From Botryllus schlosseri (Eukaryota), in assembly GCA_051294905.1 (NCBI GenBank), contig CM119382.1:25854001-25918000 (forward strand): a stretch of DNA of 64,000 nt, written 5' to 3'. Position 1 is the stretch's first letter. The number at the start of each line of letters is the position of its first letter. The notes below the pieces were generated by a model that saw only the letters and a program-made list of their open reading frames with translations, did no database searches and was not told the DNA's origin. Below are positions 38,078 through 52,222 of this stretch, piece after piece. A program made the position numbers and the translations under genes.

Positions 38078-39708
38078 TTAGATACACAAGGGTAAATCCA
38101 TGTCAAATCAACCACACTCGTATCCACTTGGTCTCAGACCAATATGGAATCGGTGTCTCTCACCAAATATATTACGCTAAACGTACCAGGATTTCAACCC
38201 GGATCTCAGATTGCAATGAAAACTGAGCTGGGTAAATCTGGTATATAGCCCTGAGTGCAGTAAACCTAATCAAAATTGGTCCATGCACCACAATTATCGC
38301 CTTTTAAAAAATGACCATTTCGTGGTCACCCACACATGAAGTTTAATCGCTTTCAAGTTCCCTGTTTACTGTAACGGTCATAAAACAGCATAGCCAAGTA
38401 GTTGAGAGTGGATTATAGTGTAAAATGATAGAATATATTGAAGGAAAAATTTCCCCCAATCAAATCGATCATGCATAACATGAACTAGCGCAATTATGTC
38501 TACACGAAAATTGGGAAGTAACATGTCATATGAAAGCTGGTTCAGAGAGAAACATGGCTGACTCCGCTGACATGTCTTTCTAACTAATATTTGATGGGTA
38601 TAAGTAGCCTACCTCTAAATTAATTAACTTAACACAAATACTTCTGAATCCATTGGGTAGGCCTACCGGTTACAATTCAATTTGAGATTAACCAAAGCAG
38701 AGATTGGTTCACTCTCAAGTCTCAGATTTTGCTGAAAATTGCCTCAAAACATGAATTCCAGTTTCAAGTAATCGCAAGTCATTATAATATCAAGCTTTTT
38801 AACACTCAGTCAATTACCCATAAATCACAATCGAGTAGAGATTCTTCACTGAGGATTGCAACATGGCTATATACTCGGTAAGATCTTTACACACCTTGCA
38901 CTTCTTTGTCGACAGCGTGAGGTACACGATGAGCCCAGTGTACCGCCTCGATATGCTCATCTAGCTTTTCTGACGTTTTGAACGTGTTGATTTCGCAGAG
39001 ACCACAATCAAGTTCTTGGACTGTTATGATTCTAATGAGGTGGTGTCAAATCCTCAGCTAGAGCAATCGCTGTCATTGTTGCAAGGAAACTCGATAATCA
39101 TAAGCATCGAAAGACGTCTACCATAGTGTGCTATATAGCAGACATCATTTGTCTGTCGGCGTTAAAGCTCCCAACTTCGACCCTTTAGCAATCCTTCGTG
39201 AGCGTGACTACCCTCAAACAAGATCCTATACGCTAGACAAATTCAGACGCCAAGTAGCTATACGGCGTCTCACATTTCGGACGCCAAACGCCATCTAGCG
39301 TCACCAGTTCAGCCGCCAAACGCCGTGTAGACATTCGGCCGCCGCTCGGCGTCTGGCGTCGGGCGTTTGGCCTCTGAGCGGGTTTATCCCCTGTTGATCC
39401 CTTGACCATAATGGCGGCGCTCGTGACCAAAAATGAAAATCGTCCATTTACAGCTACAACCTGCTAGTTGCTAAGCAATGTTTACATTCGATACTGAAAG
39501 TGTTGACCTAGCACCAGGTGTCGCTGTAAACCACAACATCGATACCATTCAGATGGAACTCTCCATCCCAGCTACGATGTAAATTGCTATGGTACATTCG
39601 TACAAGCAAAAGTGATATCTGCGATACCCGCGATACCTGCGATATCCTAGTATACTCGAGGGCAAAGTAGACGTAACGTACTCAATCGAAGGCAATAGCA
39701 TACTAGCC

Positions 39709-40447
39709 CAGGGGTGTCAAACATGCGCGCCGCGTTCGGCCCGCCAGGCGATTTGATCCGGCCCGCGGAGCAATTGCAAGAAGATTGAAAGATTTTTATA
39801 TCTTCCAGCACATTTGCAACAAAGGTTGAGATATTTTGCAGGAAATGCGTCCACGTTCATAAGCCCCATTATAACCACCCGACTATGGTGCTGTAGTTTC
39901 ACTCCAGTAACCACTAATAACAAGTTGGTTAAATCGACAAGTGCACACTAAGTTCAGAGTTTTCTACAGTGATGGAAAAAAAGTAGATATTCACAGAAGC
40001 GAAAACGCCAATGCATCTGCAATGTATAAATGGAAAATATATTAGTTGCCCAAATAGATGATGTAAACTAAATTCCAACCTACGCGTTTCCAATTCAAGA
40101 TATCGTATTCCTCACAACGCATATGCAGGGCTAATAATAATAATATATCATAAGGGGAGCATAGAATATGCCAACTTACATCGTCGTTAACGCCACTGTT
40201 TTAGCGGTTCTTGAATATATTCGACCAGACAATCATCATATTTTTCGGATTCCATTCTTCGCGAATAAAGGTGTTGCAATTTGCCACTTCAAAAACTCCA
40301 TGATTGGTGTATTACCCATGATATTAGGGTATTCAAGTGAAAAGCAAGAGCACGAGGGGACATTTTGGAATCAGTTGACTGGTCCAGCCCGCAAGCGATT
40401 TGAAGGCTTGAATATGGCCCGCGACGCAATTTGAGTTTGACACCCCT
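39709..40447. mobile_element. hAT MITE (degenerate)
   Basis: CAGGGGTGTCAAAC left end and GTTTGACACCCCT right end; TSD not recovered. Confidence 0.7.
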
Positions 40448-40690
40448 TAATACTTAAGACTTGGCAGTGCCCTGCAGTAGCAGATAGTGGCGATTGGTTT
40501 TCAGTTGATGAGAGAGAGCTGGTCAGTATGCAGTAGTCTTTTTCTTTTCATCCAACCAAAATGCGTAACAAACAAACGGCAATGATGGTGGAGGGTGGTA
40601 TAGAAATCATGCATGCCGGGCATTCGGTATCAGATAGGAATGAACGACACGGGGAGATATCGTAGTGGTGAGCGCCGGTGCCACCAATTA

Positions 40691-43688
40691 CACTGGTCAA
40701 CACATATTTTTAGCTATTTAGCACATTATTCTGTGCTGCGATTGTTGATATACGATGTTCTTTCCAATTCTCTACTAGTTGCTGGCGATTACCCCTGACC
40801 AGTGTCAGCCAAAAATATTCGGGTTCATTTCAATATGAATATGCTATCCAATTGTATATTGAAGTTCTGTACCTCTAAGAAGCTGTTCGCATATTTTTAG
40901 GCAGACAAAGTAAGAGTGGTTTTGAGGGTTCTGAAGGGCACTGATTCCGAATGTGACCTTAGTTTTTTGAAATTGGTTTAGAGATAACCCATGGGGCTTT
41001 TTTGACCAAAATCGCTGTAATGGTTAGATACATAGTCGTCTCAGTCGTACAATAAAGTTTACAAATTCAATCTAGTTGCTATTTTTACACTCAAAAGACT
41101 CTTTTAAATCAAAATAAACCATCATAGTTATCGACTTTCCTGGATATCATGTACATAAATAATCTCCAGTCATGTACATCAGTAGGCCTAGCCTATTTAC
41201 CCAGATTCTCAAATAACATAGCATTAGGTCAATCAGTTTTACGTCAACCACCTATTTAAAATTTAAAATAATCAGTTTAAATATAATATTATTCATTCAT
41301 TCTGTCAATGTTGACATGACATGATGCGAAATATTTGTTTGTCAAAAAAGCAGTTTTTGAAGCCTTAAAATTCTAGTTTTGCACAACGGAAATGCATATT
41401 CTTCTGTAGGTCTATCAATTATTCATTCCACCAAGATAAAAGAGTAGTATAAAACTATGAAATTTGTCCTTGAAAAGCTTAACTGCAATACTCAAATACG
41501 TCTCATTTCTCTTGGCTGGTAAATGGATAATTTTTCCGCTAGCTTAACTGCAATACTCTAACGCAGGGGTGGGCAAACTACGGCCCGCGGGCCGCATGCG
41601 GCCCGTAACACCGTTCTGTGCGGCCCGCCAGAGTCTGAAGAAACTTATCAAAAATATTGATAAAATGCGCACTAAAAATCGAATTAATGCAGGGACTTGA
41701 GTAAACTTCTTCTTAGTATATTTCATCATGATAATTGTATGGCAGTGGTTCTCAAACTGGGGGCGTGAAAGCATCTGAACGGGGCGCGAAGCTGAGCTCA
41801 ACTGAAAAGTTTTTCGCGCTCCGCGCGATTTACATTCAATTCGTTGTTATTGATCTCTTAATAGTCTGAATTACATATTTAGAAATCTCTCATCCACAGT
41901 CGTCACCTTCTCACGCCATCAAACTATCCATTAGGTTTGCTAGCGTCCTGGTTGCGTTTTGTGATATTACGGTAAGGGGGCGCGAAATCTTTCACCGTCA
42001 TATAAGGGGGGGGGGGGGGGGCGTGTCCACTGTTCTAAGGTAATTACTTCCTATAATATTTTTTATGTTTAATTTCTGGCGCGACAGCCCGATTTCAAGA
42101 CCCACGCAGATTAAAATGTTTCAACTGCTAAACATCACAGAAATCCTAAACGCGATAGACATAATTCGGATCAAGAGTGTGATTTTAGATTGGCCACTCC
42201 AGTTTTAATTATTTCAGTGATGTGCTTATACAAAACGATTCTCGTGTGTTTTAGGTAGATTCGTTCTCTGAATGCGTAGAATTGGGTATTTATATTTTAT
42301 CTACACACAGTAGAAGCGTATTTGAAGCTAACATGGTTATGATGCTGTCAGCATTGTGTGTCCTGGAACTGAACCAAAACTGGAATTAGTAAATCTATGA
42401 ACAGATCGCTGCTCCCATATTTAAATTTCAGTCCTGTTCTAAGAATCGGGACAACCGACTTTCATCTCTATAGTTTTGACAAATTGGTTATTGAGGTCGA
42501 CCAGCCTATGAAATCTCGCCACTGTTTCTGACGCGTGTACGATATCATCAAAACATTGTTCGGTTTGTTATAAGCAAATGTATTATCTCCATGTCCTCAC
42601 TACATAATCAAATACCAATATTGCGTTTTGGTTTATAATCCCAAGTTTATATAGTGCGGCCCGCGAATGCATTCAGATGTTGAATGCGGCCCGCGAGCTG
42701 AAAAGTTTGCCCACCCCTGCTCTAACGCGTCTCATTTCTCTTGGCTGGTAAATGGATAATTTTTCCGCTGAGTCAACAAATGTGTATACCTACTAACCCG
42801 AACAAACAAGAAACTTAAGTATGGTATCTGGTATATTCGAATTGGAATGAAAGATTGCAATTTCACATTTGGAAGGAGTTTACTAAATGTAATTTCTCCT
42901 AAGATATAGTAAATAAAACCTTTTGGGTGATCACAAAGCACCCAACTACAAACAGTTGTCCGAAAATTCATAGCTGCATTTCGAAATCTTTAAAACAAAC
43001 ATCAGCATAAAAGTTCACTTCCTGTTCAGTCATCTTAATATATTTCCTGATCATCATGTTGATTAGCAAGGGGAGACGTTCTACCAAGAAATCAAAACAA
43101 CAAAAGAAAGATATCAGGGCAGATGAGATGAACAATAGAACATGTTATGGCAGACCATGCCGGAACCTTTCGAGAAACTGCTCCAAATAGCTTACAGGCG
43201 AAAATCGTACAATGAAACAATTTAGCTTTAAAATAAACTAATAATATTATATTCCAACTGATTATTTCAAACTTACTGTAGGTGATTGATGTAAAACTGA
43301 TTGAATTATTGCCACGTTATTTGAGTATCTAGGTAAATACTTGACAAGAGTGTATTCATGTTCATGATATCCTTGAAAGTATGTAGGCCTAACTATGATA
43401 AATATGTTACTCCTAAATATAGTACTGTTGCTGTATTTTGATTCAAAAGAGTCTTCTGTGCGTAAAAAGAACAAGTAGATGGGATTTATAAACTTTATAG
43501 TACCGCTGAGCCAATTTGATGTCTAGTCATTGCTGATAAATGGGGGATTTTGGTCAAAATAGCCCCATGGGTTATCTAGACAACACAAGCCAATTTGAAA
43601 AAACTAAGGTCATATTCGGAATAAGTGGCCTTCAGAACCCCCAAAACCACTCTTACTTTGTCTGCCTAAAAATATGTGTTGACCAGTG
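40691..43688. mobile_element. CACTA/EnSpm-like non-autonomous element
   Basis: CACTG...CAGTG termini, long imperfect TIRs (about 130 bp), 3-bp TSD TTA; left TIR split by a 176-bp insert flanked by CATATTTTTAG. Confidence 0.75.
41564..42719 (-). mobile_element. Non-autonomous hAT element, copy B (inverted relative to copy A)
   Basis: Same TIR and internal sequence as 9028-10160; perfect TSD CTCTAACG; carries the same nested MITE at 41743-42032. Confidence 0.95.
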
Positions 43689-44266
43689 TTATCTATTTTA
43701 ATTTCAGGGACTTGTTGTGATGTGAATTTGGGGGAGTGGAAAATCGAAAATTTTGAATTTCAAAGCGGACACTTGATATGTGGTGCCAAATATCAAAAAA
43801 ATAATTTCTTTAATTTTTATCAGAGATAGAATTAGAAATTAAGACAGATGTGGAGTTGAATTCATAACCTGAATCTCATTCTCATAGCATGATGTCGATC
43901 ATGAAATATTAAATCTGTTCATCGCTAGTAGGCTAAATGAAACGGATTAGTAAATAGATGAAATCATTATAACCGAAAATTAGTCGAAAAACACAATCAA
44001 AAGCAGTGGGACATAATTTCTCAGGCTGGCAGTGGTATGTGACTGTGTGACACGCGATGAGCGTGGATTTGACAAAACAGATTTGATGATTAGGCTGAAC
44101 TCCAATCGGGTATGATTCTAAGAATAGTGGGTATATTCTCAATATCTTCACTTGTGACACCTTTATTTCAGATCACTTGTCACCAACTCAAAACGGGTTG
44201 CGGGCCACTTTTCAAAATTTGTCCGCATGACTTCTATATCAAGATTAAAATAGGCAACGCTGTTAA

Positions 44267-45200
44267 CCCTTACGAGGTGGGCGTATCATATTTGATATGG
44301 CATGTCTCCGACACCGATTTCTCCATGTTGACACGCCCTTAACATCGGGTACTACGTTTTTTGAAAAGTTGAGACTTTTCCGATGTATAAAGTACCTTAC
44401 TCAAAAATTTTATTTCGTAAAAATGAACAAAAAATAAAAAATAAAATAAAATACGGTTATCACCTAAAACTTCCGGATATTTTCCGAGTGGGAAATATTG
44501 TCGGAAAATCTGCCAGAACATCAGAAGTCGACATGTACGGTTTTCTATGTAAATTTTCACCGTTTCAAACATCAAAACGTTTTCTGGAGAGTTTTCTGAG
44601 GGGGATTTGTAAATTTTGGTCACGCTTCAATGATTTTCAAGATCTAGGTCAAGTTCAAGTGCAAATTCAGAGTCATAAACAGGTTTACTATGCCTGCAAA
44701 TGGTTGGATATGACAAAAGAAAGCATATCGCGTTGTTTTATGCCATAAACCGGACTGCAGGGGCCGATTGAGTCTTGATCATGAACTTGACCTTGATGAC
44801 CACTCACTGACCACGCCCATTTGTAAATTTTATATGTATTTTCCATTTTTCGATATCTGACGAACCGTGCGGTTTACAACCATGGTTGACGGCTTGTTTG
44901 AAACCAGGCAACAGTGGCTACGCACTGAAGCATCACATTCCTCTCTCTGACGCCATCCTGAGGGTCAGCCTTGAAAATTGAGAGAGAGAGAGAGTTTTTT
45001 TTGGGAAAAGCTTGTTTATTTAAACTTATTAAAAAACCTCAGACATGTCATGGGGTGTCGATCAAGGGTGGAATCGGTAGAGGGCTATACTCCGCCCACT
45101 TTTAAACTGGAAAGGCCCAGATTCAAGACCTGGTGGGGTCACGGTGAGAATTTGAAAAGTGAAGGTCAATTCTGCGAAATATGGCCCCACCTCGTAAGGG
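44267..45200. mobile_element. piggyBac-type MITE
   Basis: 15-bp TIR CCCTTACGAGGTGGG; TTAA on both sides (44263-66 and 45201-04). Confidence 0.9.
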
Positions 45201-46724
45201 TTAAATAAACACGTTTTGATAACCCTACAGTCTACGTCAGTACAACGCTAACATGGGCAACAGACAAATCGTGATTAGTCATGTTATGAATAAGCACAGG
45301 CACTCGTGTTCCAGTCGCGCAAAGCGCGAAAAAGTTTTCATGTTCTTGAGTGAATTTCGTCATTATTATTAGTAAATTTTCACATATTACCATCAAATAC
45401 TTATCGTTTCTCAGTCCATGTGATCGAATTCATCGGTAGAGTTGATGCAGGGGGTGTCCACGAAAATTTAGGGAAGTTAGTATTGCTGTGCTGCATCTTT
45501 GGGTGGGCAAATTGTTTTTGGTACCTTTGTTGCACGTTGTTATTTCTCGACATCTCATCAGCAGTTTCAGTATAGTGGGAAGATATTGGATTCGCCCAAA
45601 CATAGGCCTACCCAGGGGCGTATTTAGGGGGGGTAATGGGTGTCCGGTACCCCCCGTTTCCAAGCTCGAACATACCCCTGCCTAAATCTATTTCCATTGA
45701 TCTAATATTTCTTATCGGTAATCCCCGTATTGCCGCGCGGCATCATCACGCCATCGATCGAGCAAACAATGCAGTGCGGTGATGCTTTTTTCTCGTATTG
45801 TTCTCGCGTCTACCGAAGCCCGAGAAGCGCATCGTCACATGGCTCTCTTGTCTCATCTGAGCGCTATTATCAAGTTACAATAACACTCGCAATAGACGCC
45901 ATGAAATTTCGATGCCGCGCGAGTTTATTATCAACAAACGTTTAGAACAAGCGTGCTAGGCTTGTATCATTAGAGATAGCAGATCCCTACAGTACCAAAA
46001 CAGACTGTACCAATCAAATGTCCGATGTGGAATCTACCATGTATTGATCAAATTTGCGATGATTTAGTTCGGTTGCTGTCCTGTTTTAACACGCTTGGCC
46101 AGTAGTAAAAACAATGGAGGCTAGGCCGCTCCGTGATTTGCAGCGCGTGATAGTTCTACATCAATGTTCCACGTAATTTTGTAATAATGCAAAGCTAGAG
46201 TCTCGACAATTCGCAATTGTCACTTTCGCACCGCAAACGCATTTAGGAACGCATTTTGAGTGCGAGCCCAAGCCTGCGCCGGGCCACTGTTATTCAAGTG
46301 ATGCAATCGCACTAGCTCAAGCGTTAATTGGTCTTTACCATCTCCACACACCAAAATCTTGGCAGGCAGTAGATATCATATTGATTTAGAACAAAATTAA
46401 TCCAGATCATGTGCAAAAACAAGCTGAACAATTGATACAAACGAAAACGTTCATTTGCGTATCTTCACTAGGTTCGAGTGTTCGTATATGACCGCAAAAT
46501 GGAGATATCTTCCGCTGTGCTGTAAAATGAACTGCGCGCAGTTTCGTGATAACATCCTCGCTTTGGTAATTAAGGTCAAGATACCTCGCTGTCTCTCTTC
46601 ATGCTGAGTAATTCCCTGTCAACATGCAAATATTTTTTAAATCCGTCTCCACACCCTCTCAGAAGTATCTACTTCTGAGTACAACGAAATTTATTTCGGA
46701 CAATTTCGTTGAACAGCTCTCGAG

Positions 46725-48000
46725 TTATTGCAGTTTGAAAAATGATGATTTTGTGGTTACTCAACCATAAAATTTGGCAACACAAAACCTGTGTATGATT
46801 GTAACTGATATAGCTCAGAGGTTACGCAGAGTAAAGGTCTGAATGTTATTTAGCAATAATTGTTGGTACATCTTCTTCAATTTCCATGAATTTCCCCGCT
46901 CCACAGTATTGGCTCTAGGTTCAAAATGCGATTTCAAAATTGGTATATGTTAAAATCAGTGATGCATAACGATATTTTTCAACTCATCTGGTGCAATTCT
47001 ATTTAAACCAAAATTCACATGCAAGGTGTCATATGAAAGCTGTTTCCAACTAGAATGCACGAAACTTAGTTTTATTATAGATATTTGACAGCAACATGGT
47101 TAAAAATATAATATGGTGCATAATGCAAAATAGGTCATTTTTTAATTAATTTTAATTAATTTTATTCGGTGATTATCTGATTTTGCATTATTATACTTCT
47201 TATATGTTAATCTGTTTCAGTAGTTAATCATTGCCATGCTCAGAAAGTACTTTTATTTATTGCATTATGCTTGCAAGGGTGCTTCTGGGTATACTGACTA
47301 TCAGTAATTCGAGTCAACATACAAATAATATTTCAATTCGTCTTCACACCCTCTCGATTTCTCTTCAATATCATGTACAACTAAAGTACCCAAATCTGAG
47401 TAGAATAGAATTTAATTACTATATCTTTTATTGATCGGTTCTTGAGCAATTGCAGTTTGAAGAATGAGGATTTTGTGCTTACTCAACCATGAAGTTTGAT
47501 GAGTGGAAACCTGTGTATGATTATAACTGCTAAAATCATTACTTATACGGGCTGCAGGTTGTAATGCTGGTAAGCCCTACTGGAACCTCGGTACGTTTTG
47601 CATAATATAACATGTAAGCAGCGATGATCTCCAAGTTGAAGTAATTTATTGAATAATAATAAAAAAAATAAAACATAGAACACAGGACAACGATTCCGTA
47701 CAGGCTGGTGAGCAATAATTGATGGTACATGTTCTTCATTGAATAAGCATTCCCTCCGCATTATAGAATTAAGGTTCAAATCTTGATTTGAAAATAGACA
47801 TACCAGTATGTTGAAATCAGTGATGCGTAACGATATTTCTAAACTCTCATGGCACGACTCTATCTAACTCAATATTCATAAGTAAGGTGTCATATGAAAG
47901 CTGTTACCAATTAGAATACATTAGAATTGGTTATGATTTGAATATATGACAGGAACACAGTTGAAAATATATTTTGACACTATATGCGGAATAGGTCATG
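46725..48000. repeat. Diverged direct duplication, probably old DNA-transposon subterminal sequence
   Basis: Blocks TTGCAGTTTGAA..GATTTTGTG.TTACTCAACCAT at about 46730 and 47450, and AAATCAGTGATGC.TAACGATATT...GTGTCATATGAAAGCTG at about 46950 and 47812. Confidence 0.55.
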
Positions 48001-48577
48001 AGCTAGTTAGAACGCATCTTTTCAATGAACTTTTAGACAAGTGGCAGTCAAATATCACATACAATACCAATTAAGCAACGTTCTATTCTTTCCAAGCTTT
48101 CATTTGACACCTTCCACGAAAAAATCGGTTTAAATAGAATTATGCTAGGCAGAGTTGCATATTTGTTACGCATGGCTGATTTTGAAAACATGATGACTTT
48201 GAGTTGACATTTGACCTCTAACCCCCTGTAATAAAGTTGAAAAGTTGGGTCTATCACAATCAGCATATACCAAAATATCTTACTACATAAATTTGAGTCT
48301 GCCTGGCTGCAATTTGATGACTATAATGTCAATTGCAAGTAGACACAGGTTCCAACCTGTATAGCGTCACGGCCGAGTGAGCACAAAATGTCATTTTTCA
48401 AATTGCAATAACTCTGCAGCGAATCGTCCGATTTTCTTGAAACTAAGTTCGTTATGCTCCAAATTTGATACCTGATCTATGGGAAAATTTTCAATTAGAT
48501 CTAAAGTGTAGTGGAGACGGGCGTTTGTAAGTTGAGAGGGAATTACTCTGCTGTTATCTTCGCTTACGGGTCACAAT

Positions 48578-50517
48578 CAGACATGGGGTAATCGCGATTA
48601 GTAATCGTAATCGATTACGACGATTACAGCATTTTCAAGTAATCGTAATCGCAATCGATTACATTCGAAAAAATTCCCAAATAATCGTAATCGTAATTGA
48701 CTACTTCCCGCATTTAATCGATTTCTTTGTGAAAGAACGATTACATTTTATTTGTATAGGACTATGACATAAACTGGGCATTCGTGAACATGAGCAAGGA
48801 TTATACCAGTTAGTGATAGCACAAACGTTAGATTTCCAAATGACACTGCTCATTATTACGTCAGAAGTGGCCTATTAGCTTTGCTCGTCATTGCGTAAGT
48901 ATGAAGTATCCATTTATCCACACATAGTGAATAGATATTCGGTGTACATTGGTGTGATTGTAAAAACACTCACCCTGATGTTTATCAGGTTATCAGAACG
49001 GTTAATCACCACTCTGCCCAGTTTATAATAGTAACTTATGTATTGATGTTTGGTTATGCTTAGTTAAACGCAGTTTGACCGTTGAGAAGTAGGCTTACGT
49101 AGCACGAACGTACACCGGACAAAGGTTTGAAATTTTGTAGGCCTAATCGTCAAATATAACATTACGGTTTCCACGACGAAGCATTAAAAATCAACAGCTG
49201 CTGATAGATATCATAACCGAGCCGTTTCTCGTAATGGCTGCTTGTATTACATTGTCTGTATTATGTTGAAGGCAGAATTTTATGTTCACTTTCTCTTATT
49301 CTCATATGATTCTACTTGAAACGGGCTCCAATGGTTATTTCACAATGCTTTACTCAACATTTGGACCTGCCGCCATAGCCATCGGCTTATATACAATGTT
49401 AGCGTGGCTTGTAGCTAGAATCAGGACCAAAACAGCAAATTGGGCCCCCATAGCGTAGTAAATTTTCAAGTTGAAGATTTAATTTCGTCAATAATATTGG
49501 TAAATGCATTATATTACTATTCATTTTTAATCCTCTCTCAGCCCCCGATGGTCAGATTTACCTGATGAGCTGGGGGCACGTAATTCATAAGTATAACATC
49601 CTGTATCTTGTAATAATTACTTTAGGGTATGTTGTTAATTCGTGACCTCCGGTCTGTTATATAATCAAAGAGATATTGTAGTGGCCCAGACGTAGCAGAC
49701 TAAAAGAAATACTTGCGTGAGACGCACACACAATTGCCATGTCTTTAATGCTCTGTGGGTACCCGGGTGGCATTTGCATTGTGGGCTCAAATTGGACGGA
49801 CCAGACTATCAGTCACGCCCACCCAGCGCGGCTATTGACAATGGACACATACCCCAAGTTTCGGCCAATGTCTTTCATTAGTAGCACACTTCGTAGATAG
49901 CATGTTGGCCGAAACTGCATATGTCTTTTGGTGCGTCGTGGCGTGGTATTGACTGGCACCTAAATGCCTGTTACTATAACTTATGCATGCTTTTTTTCTT
50001 GAGGAGGAGACGTGTGTATTTCAAAATCAAGCTATATAGAGACATTTAAATCGCGATGCTCGTAGAAAATTTTCAAGTTCATGAAATCTCTCGAAAATAG
50101 TCTATAATTTGTGTTGGTTTACGAAATAGGCCTACTTTTGATTTCCTTTCGAGCTCGCTCTCCGCCCTATTAGGAAATTTTGTGTGCGACAGTTGTGGAC
50201 GTAGCAAGAATGCAAATCGTTGGGTGCGATAAATCGTCCTCTATAAAATGGGCAATGGGTACTTTATGACGTAACAAAAAAATGTCGCATCTTTTTTAAA
50301 GAAAGTTGTCTCATTAGGCCTTTCAGCGCAATACATATATTGTCTTCCAATATAACTTTTAAGATGCAAAATAAATGTAATCGTGAGTAATCGTGATTAC
50401 TTTTGCAATGTAATCGTAATCGACTACTTCCTGATTTTGCTGTAATCGTAATCGCGTCATTCAGAAGTAATCGTAATCGCAATCGATTACATTCACGAAG
50501 TAATCACCCCATGTCTG
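48578..50517 (+). mobile_element. Non-autonomous hAT (Ac/hobo-type target) element with GTAATC arrays, copy A
   Basis: TIR CAGACATGGGG; perfect 8-bp TSD GTCACAAT. Confidence 0.92.
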
Positions 50518-51514
50518 GTCACAATGTTATGTTTAGTTGTACTTAGTTTTGTATATGCGAATGAAGAAGTCACAAACACGAGTAGGATTATGTAACCGTG
50601 GTAATATCTGCATTTCTGCATACATTTAAGCTGATCAATCGGTTAGAACTAGGAACACACTCTCCTTTTAAAAACACCCCCCTATTCTAAAGGTACCCCC
50701 CGTTTTTTTTCGGCTAGATACGCCCCTGGACCTACCAGAAACAAATTTTCTTTGTGGTGAGAACACGATTACAAATTGGTATTGAATTATGGTGCGCATC
50801 ATTTTCCTCTGCAGTTCGCATCTGTACTGTGGGGACCAGATTACAAAGGAAACTACCATATAAATATCGAAAATCTACTCACACTGAACCGCTCGTAGAG
50901 CGAAGAAAATTTCAAGAATAATGCAAGCCTCTTAATAATTAGTCAATTCGTAAATTCAGTTTGCAAATTGACGGCCACGAACACATTCTATTCAAAAGAA
51001 GTGTCAACGGCCGCATAATTTTCCTTCTACTGCCGCAGATTCGCCACCGCTGGACTAAAGATTCGATATTGTGGTTAGCTAGACACTGTACTTGCTGGAA
51101 AACTATCTCCTCGTAAAGCTTGGTCTTTTGAGAAGCCCAACGTCGTTTTCTAAGCGTCCCGGTCTGGGCAGTGGTGGGCCATTGCACATCAAGGCAATAT
51201 GCCAATTCATATCAGCAAATTCTTCTTCCGTGGAATGATATTACAATCGCCGAAGCCGTAACAGCTAGTGAGGAATATTGACATTGGGTACAAGAGAATA
51301 GCTTACTTTGAATAACAACAACAATAATATGTCTATACTAAAATCAATTTCAGCATTTCAAAATGCTTTACTAAGCGTTCTTCCGAAATTTCAAATCAGG
51401 TCGTGGGCCGCAAAATATGACGTCGCGGGCCGCTTGTTGGTGACCCCTGGTGACCCCTGTTTTAGATAGTTGTCAGTTGTCGGCGTTGACTTAATATCAT
51501 GGATATAGATAGAC

Positions 51515-52222
51515 CAGGGGTGGCCAACCTTTTCAGCCAAAGGGCCACATTTGATTGACGAAATATTGCGCGGGCCACTAGCCGCGCGAAATTTTTTAGA
51601 AGTTCAAAGGTCAATAATATTGTCATTTGACTATCTTGAGGGCCTGCTGTATATCGCTGGGCTCAGTTTGCAAGGAATGGACTATTCGGCGTCTTGACCA
51701 GTCGATATCGAAAGCTTCGACCAACATGCGTCACTGTGTCAATCATTTTGTGCCTAGGTTTCACAGCCGACGGTCTTTCTGCGAGCGCAAACGCAAGGTC
51801 GCATATGTTAAACGACACTTTGTCTTGTAATCGCGAATATAGTGAGACTCAATCTGACACATTAGGCGTTCTTTCATTTTCGCAAAAGGGTAACAATATT
51901 AAAAGCAAGAAATCCAGTGACAACTTGTTGCGCGAAGCGTGTAGAAAATTTTTACTTTTGATAAATCTATCGCAAATTATTCTGCTTTGTAGTATTTTAC
52001 GAAGATCTACCAAAATGTGACTGGCTCATGGATCTGCCAATGCGTTGGAACTGGATATTTTAGTCATCATTTCTCAAGTGTTGCGGGCAGACTAATCAAA
52101 TTTTTGATTGGCCTTGCAAGTTCACAATCTATGCAATCCATTTTTGATAATATTACGAATTTCGGAAATTACCTCGCGGGCCACTCAAAACCTTCTCGCG
52201 GGCCACGGGTTGGCCGGCCCTG
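51515..52222 (+). mobile_element. hAT MITE, older copy of the 63241-63921 family
   Basis: CAGGGGTGGCCAACC left end and GGCCGGCCCTG right end; flanks AGATAGAC / ATATAGAT (6 of 8). Confidence 0.85.

Larger units (their letters stand above)
35761..39396 (-). mobile_element. Zisupton/KDZ-like DNA transposon, internally deleted
   Basis: Inverted ends AGGGG(T/A)TAAACCCGCTCAGAGGCCAAACGCC; 8-bp direct repeat ATCCCTTG at 35753-60 and 39397-404; internal zinc-finger ORF. Confidence 0.75.
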
